DNA of 20,000 bases from an uncultured virus (IMG/VR IMGVR_UViG_3300036770_001202) (Duplodnaviria > Heunggongvirae > Uroviricota > Caudoviricetes), in IMG/VR virus record IMGVR_UViG_3300036770_001202. One strand, 5' to 3'. Below are positions 16,545 through 20,000 of the stretch, in pieces. The stretch's first letter is position 1. Each line of letters starts with the position of its first letter. Position numbers and translations under genes: made by a program. The notes beneath the pieces were generated by a model. The model made no database searches and was not told the origin of the DNA. It worked only from the letters and a program-made list of their open reading frames with translations.

Positions 16545-16810
16545 GAAAAATCATGTTACTAAGCATATCTCTAATGATTCTAACCGGCTGTGCAACATCG
16601 AAAGATTATACAGTCTATGTTGACGCACAGAAGTCCATTAGTAAAGATATCACAATTAATGAAACTGCAAAAGTAAATGCTTTGATCGAAATGACAAAAA
16701 GCGCAGACCCAGCAGTTAGAGCAACTGGCATCATGTTACTGCAACAACTTCAACAAGGAGCAAAAACAGTAACAATAGAGCCTCCTAAGAAAAATATGTT
16801 AGGATTTTAA
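16541..16810 (+). CDS. Lipoprotein
   Basis: Signal peptide with lipobox LTGC. ATGA overlap. Confidence 0.7.
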   Translation: MRKIMLLSISLMILTGCATSKDYTVYVDAQKSISKDITINETAKVNALIEMTKSADPAVRATGIMLLQQLQQGAKTVTIEPPKKNMLGF

Positions 16811-16825
16811 GAAGGGAACAAATAA

Positions 16826-17449
16826 ATGGATTTGACGCTACAACAATTAAAACAATTACTTCCGAAGAATCCTTATGTCGAACAATGGCATAATGCTTTA
16901 GCACAGTTATTTCCTGACTATGAGATCAACACACCAAAGCGTATGGCAGCATTCATTGCACAATGCTCACATGAGTCTGCTGGCTTCATGATTCTTACTG
17001 AAAATCTAAACTACAAATGGCAAACACTTAGAAAGATTTTTCCTAAGTATTTTCCTGATGATGCTATTGCACAAAGATATGCATCAATGCCTAACAAGCA
17101 AGAAGCAATCGCAAACAAAGTCTATGCAAATCGCATGGGCAATGGACCCGAAGAGTCTGGAGATGGTTTCAGATATCGCGGTCGTGGATTGATTCAACTT
17201 ACAGGCAAACAAAATTATTCTTGGTTTGCTGCTTCATTAGAAATTTCTCCTGAAGAAGCAACAGAATACCTTGGCACTTTTGAGGGTGCCGCACAAAGCG
17301 CATGTTGGTTCTGGGAAACCAACAACCTTAATCAATGGGCTGACAAAGGTGACATTTTAACATTAACAAAGCGTATCAATGGTGGTACGATTGGTCTTGA
17401 CGATAGAATTAAACATTACGAACATGCCCTACACGTTCTAGGGGAGTAA
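16826..17449 (+). CDS. Glycoside hydrolase family 19 (chitinase-like) endolysin
   Basis: AAFIAQCSHESAGF, ENLNY, GDGFRYRGRGLIQLTGKQNY and RINGGTIGLDDR. Confidence 0.92.
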   Translation: MDLTLQQLKQLLPKNPYVEQWHNALAQLFPDYEINTPKRMAAFIAQCSHESAGFMILTENLNYKWQTLRKIFPKYFPDDAIAQRYASMPNKQEAIANKVYANRMGNGPEESGDGFRYRGRGLIQLTGKQNYSWFAASLEISPEEATEYLGTFEGAAQSACWFWETNNLNQWADKGDILTLTKRINGGTIGLDDRIKHYEHALHVLGE

Positions 17450-17668
17450 ATGAAATACATATTCTTCATCCTTACAATAATGATGATAACGGGATGTGAA
17501 GAACACTATAGATATCCATGTCAAGACCCGGACAATTGGGAAAAACAAGAATGCAAAAAGCCTTGGTGTAGTGCAAATGGAACTTGTCCAGAGGACCTAA
17601 CACACTATGAGAAAAAATTAAATCAGCCTGCACCTCAATCGTTTTCTAGCAAAGGAGAGTGCAGATGA
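17450..17668 (+). CDS. Small Cys-rich lipoprotein
   Basis: Lipobox ITGC, then YRYPCQDP..W...CKKPWC...GTCP. Confidence 0.7.
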   Translation: MKYIFFILTIMMITGCEEHYRYPCQDPDNWEKQECKKPWCSANGTCPEDLTHYEKKLNQPAPQSFSSKGECR

Positions 17669-18186
17669 TTAAAGATTTATTTACAGGACCAAGATATACT
17701 GACGATGAGTTAAATGCTCGCCTTAAATTTTTTATTGGTATTATTTTAGGTTTAACATTATTTGGTATTGTGTTTGTTGTGTTATACAGTCTTATTTTTG
17801 TAACACAACCTATGAACGGAATGTCACCAGTCGATAATAAATTTTTCGAACTGATCATTCCTATTGCTACGTTCTTAACTGGTACCCTATCAGGCATCAT
17901 GCTTGCTGGTGGTGATAAAGAATTAAGAGCAAAGGCACTTGAAGCAGCAAATAAACCACCTACACCAAGCGGTCCAAGTGGGTTTAGTGGATCATTATCA
18001 AAACCAGGAATTAACGCATCGTTCAATTCTGGTACAGGATTTAATGCTTCATTCAATGTTCCATTTGAAGATGTAAATATTCGTAGACCAATGAGTGCAG
18101 ATGATGTTCCGCCATTTCAAGCGTCAGTAACTACAGGTTTCGGGGGAAGACCCGCTCCTGTGCAACCACCACAACCAGAAATTTAA
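17665..18186 (+). CDS. Two-TM membrane protein, holin candidate
   Basis: TM1 FFIGIILGLTLFGIVFVVLYSLIFV, TM2 LIIPIATFLTGTLSGIML, and a Pro-rich disordered tail. Near the endolysin. GGAG RBS and ATGA overlap support start 17665. Confidence 0.55.
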   Translation: MIKDLFTGPRYTDDELNARLKFFIGIILGLTLFGIVFVVLYSLIFVTQPMNGMSPVDNKFFELIIPIATFLTGTLSGIMLAGGDKELRAKALEAANKPPTPSGPSGFSGSLSKPGINASFNSGTGFNASFNVPFEDVNIRRPMSADDVPPFQASVTTGFGGRPAPVQPPQPEI

Positions 18187-18209
18187 TAAATAGACAACAG
18201 GAGAATGTT

Positions 18210-18446
18210 ATGAAAAAAATCATTAATTCTATTATTATTGCTTCAGCACTTGCAGTAGGATCGTTCGCGATTGCAAAAGAAGAAGAAAAAAAAGCGCCAG
18301 AGGTTAAGTTGGTTTGTATTGACGCAATGACTAAAGATGGTAAGCCAATCATTGACCCAAAAACAAATAAGCCAAAACAGGATTGCAAAAAAATGAAAGT
18401 TCATAAGAAACTTGAAGGCACACCTGTTCCTGAAAAGAAAAAGTAA
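18210..18446 (+). CDS. Small exported Lys-rich protein
   Basis: Sec signal peptide (…SFAIA), two Cys, AGGAG RBS. A late-like ATAAATA lies at about 18186-18192. Confidence 0.7.
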   Translation: MKKIINSIIIASALAVGSFAIAKEEEKKAPEVKLVCIDAMTKDGKPIIDPKTNKPKQDCKKMKVHKKLEGTPVPEKKK

Positions 18447-18452
18447 CAAGAG

Positions 18453-18887
18453 ATGAGCAACGACACGGTCGAACTGAAAGTTGATGTGGAAGTCTTAAAG
18501 ACTCAAGTTTCGAATATTACTGATCTATGCAGAAAGATGGACTCGGTAATTGAGAAACTTGTGGCTAGCCACGACCGTATGGTAAATCAGATATATGACG
18601 ATATGAACGACAAAAAGAAAGAAACAACAGAGGATATCAAAGAATTGCATTCTCGAATCACTACAGTAGACAGAAATCTATCCGACAAGATAGAGTTGAC
18701 TGAGCGTAGGATTATGGAAGAGATAAAATCTTTGCGTCATGATATATCAGAACATAATAAAGTAGAAGACTCAGAATTGAAAAAAATTCTTGAGTGGAAG
18801 TGGATGGCAGCAGGTGGTATCTTAATTCTCGCTTGGTTATTCTCTAACGTAAACTTAGAGGTATTATCAAAACTTTTTCAGTCTTAA
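18453..18887 (+). CDS. Coiled-coil protein with C-terminal TM anchor
   Basis: Heptad-rich helix (DIKELHSRITT) and C-terminal LEWKWMAAGGILILAWLF. Confidence 0.7.
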   Translation: MSNDTVELKVDVEVLKTQVSNITDLCRKMDSVIEKLVASHDRMVNQIYDDMNDKKKETTEDIKELHSRITTVDRNLSDKIELTERRIMEEIKSLRHDISEHNKVEDSELKKILEWKWMAAGGILILAWLFSNVNLEVLSKLFQS

Positions 18888-18905
18888 TCAAAAAGGAAAT
18901 ACATC

Positions 18906-19187
18906 ATGAAACCTTTTTTAATTGCAATGGCGATTGCTGTATTTCCTTTTTCAGCACACTCTCAAATTGTAATGCAGAAACAAGTTGTCTGCGACAAGCC
19001 TATTGTTGTGATGAGGGCTTTGGAAAAAGACTTCGGCGAAGTTCCGATATGGGCATCACAAACAGACGATAAAACTTCAATCATACTAGTGGTCAACAAG
19101 GATAAAGAAACTTGGACTATGATTGAAATGAATTCGGAACTAGCATGTGTTCTGAGTTCTGGTAAAGGACTTCCTGTCACCACTTGA
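18906..19187 (+). CDS. Small exported protein
   Basis: Signal peptide ending AHS, VVC...ACVLSSG Cys pair, AAGGA RBS. Confidence 0.7.
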   Translation: MKPFLIAMAIAVFPFSAHSQIVMQKQVVCDKPIVVMRALEKDFGEVPIWASQTDDKTSIILVVNKDKETWTMIEMNSELACVLSSGKGLPVTT

Positions 19188-19212
19188 CATTTGACCTGAC
19201 ACCGTGTATAAT
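19184..19212 (+). promoter_or_regulatory. Consensus sigma70 promoter for the primase gene
   Basis: TTGACA (19184-19189), 17 bp, TATAAT (19207-19212). Confidence 0.85.
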
Positions 19213-19253
19213 CAACGGTGTTGACTTTGATATGACAGGAATGGACCTAAAAT

Positions 19254-20000
19254 ATGAGCATGTGGATTGACCAGAAATTTATAGGCGCACTTTCCCCCAA
19301 ACTAGACAAGTTTGCCCGTAAAGGCGATTACCTATACAACTTCCGTTGCCCTATCTGTGGCGACTCCCAAACAAATAAAAACAAGGCACGTGGATATGTA
19401 TTTGCGGGCAAGGGTGGACTTTACTTTAAATGCCACAACTGTGCCGCGTCATTATCCTTAGGAAATTTAATCAAACAAGTCGATCCTGCTCTTTATAGAG
19501 AATACTGTTTGGATAGATATAAGTCCGGCGAGACAGGACGTAAAGCACATAAAGACCATGGATTTGTTTTCAAGCCTGTTACATTCGGTAGCAATAAGAC
19601 TGATAATTATAAAGGCGTTTTGGTCAAACTATCTAGTTTATCAGAAAGTCATGAGGCAGTCAAATATGCCAAATCTCGAAAAATACCTGAAGACAAAATT
19701 GATTCTCTCTATTATGTAGACGATGTTTCTAGACTGAAACTGCTTGCACCTGAGTATGAAGAAAAACTTGTTACAAATGAGCCTAGACTTGTTCTAGTGT
19801 TCAATGACGCTGACGGTGAACTTGTTGGCGTTTCATGTCGTGCAATGCGTGGTGAAAAACAAAGATACGTTGTAGTAAAAATAAAAGACGATTCACCCTT
19901 TATTTACAACATGGATTGTGTAAATACTAATGATACAATCTATGTGACTGAAGGACCTATTGATAGTTTGTTTTTGCCTAATGCAGTTGCGGTAGGTAAT
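19254..20000 (+). CDS. 61: DNA primase gp61 (3' truncated by window end)
   Basis: MSMWIDQKFI...YNFRCPICGDSQTNKNKARGY...YFKCHNC zinc ribbon, and TOPRIM YVTEGPIDSLFLPNAVAVG at the window end. Confidence 0.93.
   Translation, partial: MSMWIDQKFIGALSPKLDKFARKGDYLYNFRCPICGDSQTNKNKARGYVFAGKGGLYFKCHNCAASLSLGNLIKQVDPALYREYCLDRYKSGETGRKAHKDHGFVFKPVTFGSNKTDNYKGVLVKLSSLSESHEAVKYAKSRKIPEDKIDSLYYVDDVSRLKLLAPEYEEKLVTNEPRLVLVFNDADGELVGVSCRAMRGEKQRYVVVKIKDDSPFIYNMDCVNTNDTIYVTEGPIDSLFLPNAVAVGN

Noticed and set aside
18006..18060. Short peptide duplication GINASFN / GFNASFN in the holin candidate tail
   Set aside because: Only two degenerate copies in a disordered tail, with no evidence for a repeat system or DGR.
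17..19183. Numerous minus-strand and nested ORFs in the six-frame track
   Set aside because: All overlap well-supported plus-strand genes, show antisense-shadow composition and have no recognisable motifs.
129..19187. No TAG stop codon among the called genes (possible amber recoding)
   Set aside because: Genes are intact and tightly packed under the standard code with no in-frame TAG breaking conserved proteins. TAG is rare in AT-rich T4-like phages anyway.
1..20000. tRNA, rRNA, CRISPR array or transposase
   Set aside because: Intergenic gaps are short (about 100 bp or less) and none shows a cloverleaf, repeat-spacer periodicity or transposase motifs.

Overview
AT-rich, densely packed, entirely plus-strand segment of a T4-like (Tevenvirinae/cyanomyovirus-like) bacteriophage genome. 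It runs from uvsX, a gp40-position gene and the gp41 helicase to the gp61 primase, which is truncated at the window end. Between them lie: (i) a short sigma70-type operon (HExxH metallopeptidase, SemiSWEET-like membrane protein, small proteins) whose promoter abuts a near-perfect LexA/SOS box; (ii) a late block with TATAAATA promoters encoding a ligase-superfamily protein, a PD-(D/E)XK-like nuclease, a TxGH nucleotidyltransferase with a long modular tail, other modular proteins punctuated by probable prohead-protease (hydrophobic-x-E) sites, a cupin, a HAD nucleotidase and Ig/fibre structural proteins; (iii) an expanded Gram-negative lysis cassette (spanins, GH19 endolysin, holin candidate, extra lipoproteins). 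The most notable signals are the SOS box, a tandem covarying RNA hairpin motif covering the nucleotidyltransferase RBS, and candidate virion-packaged polyproteins. All assignments come from motif recognition only; no searches were run.
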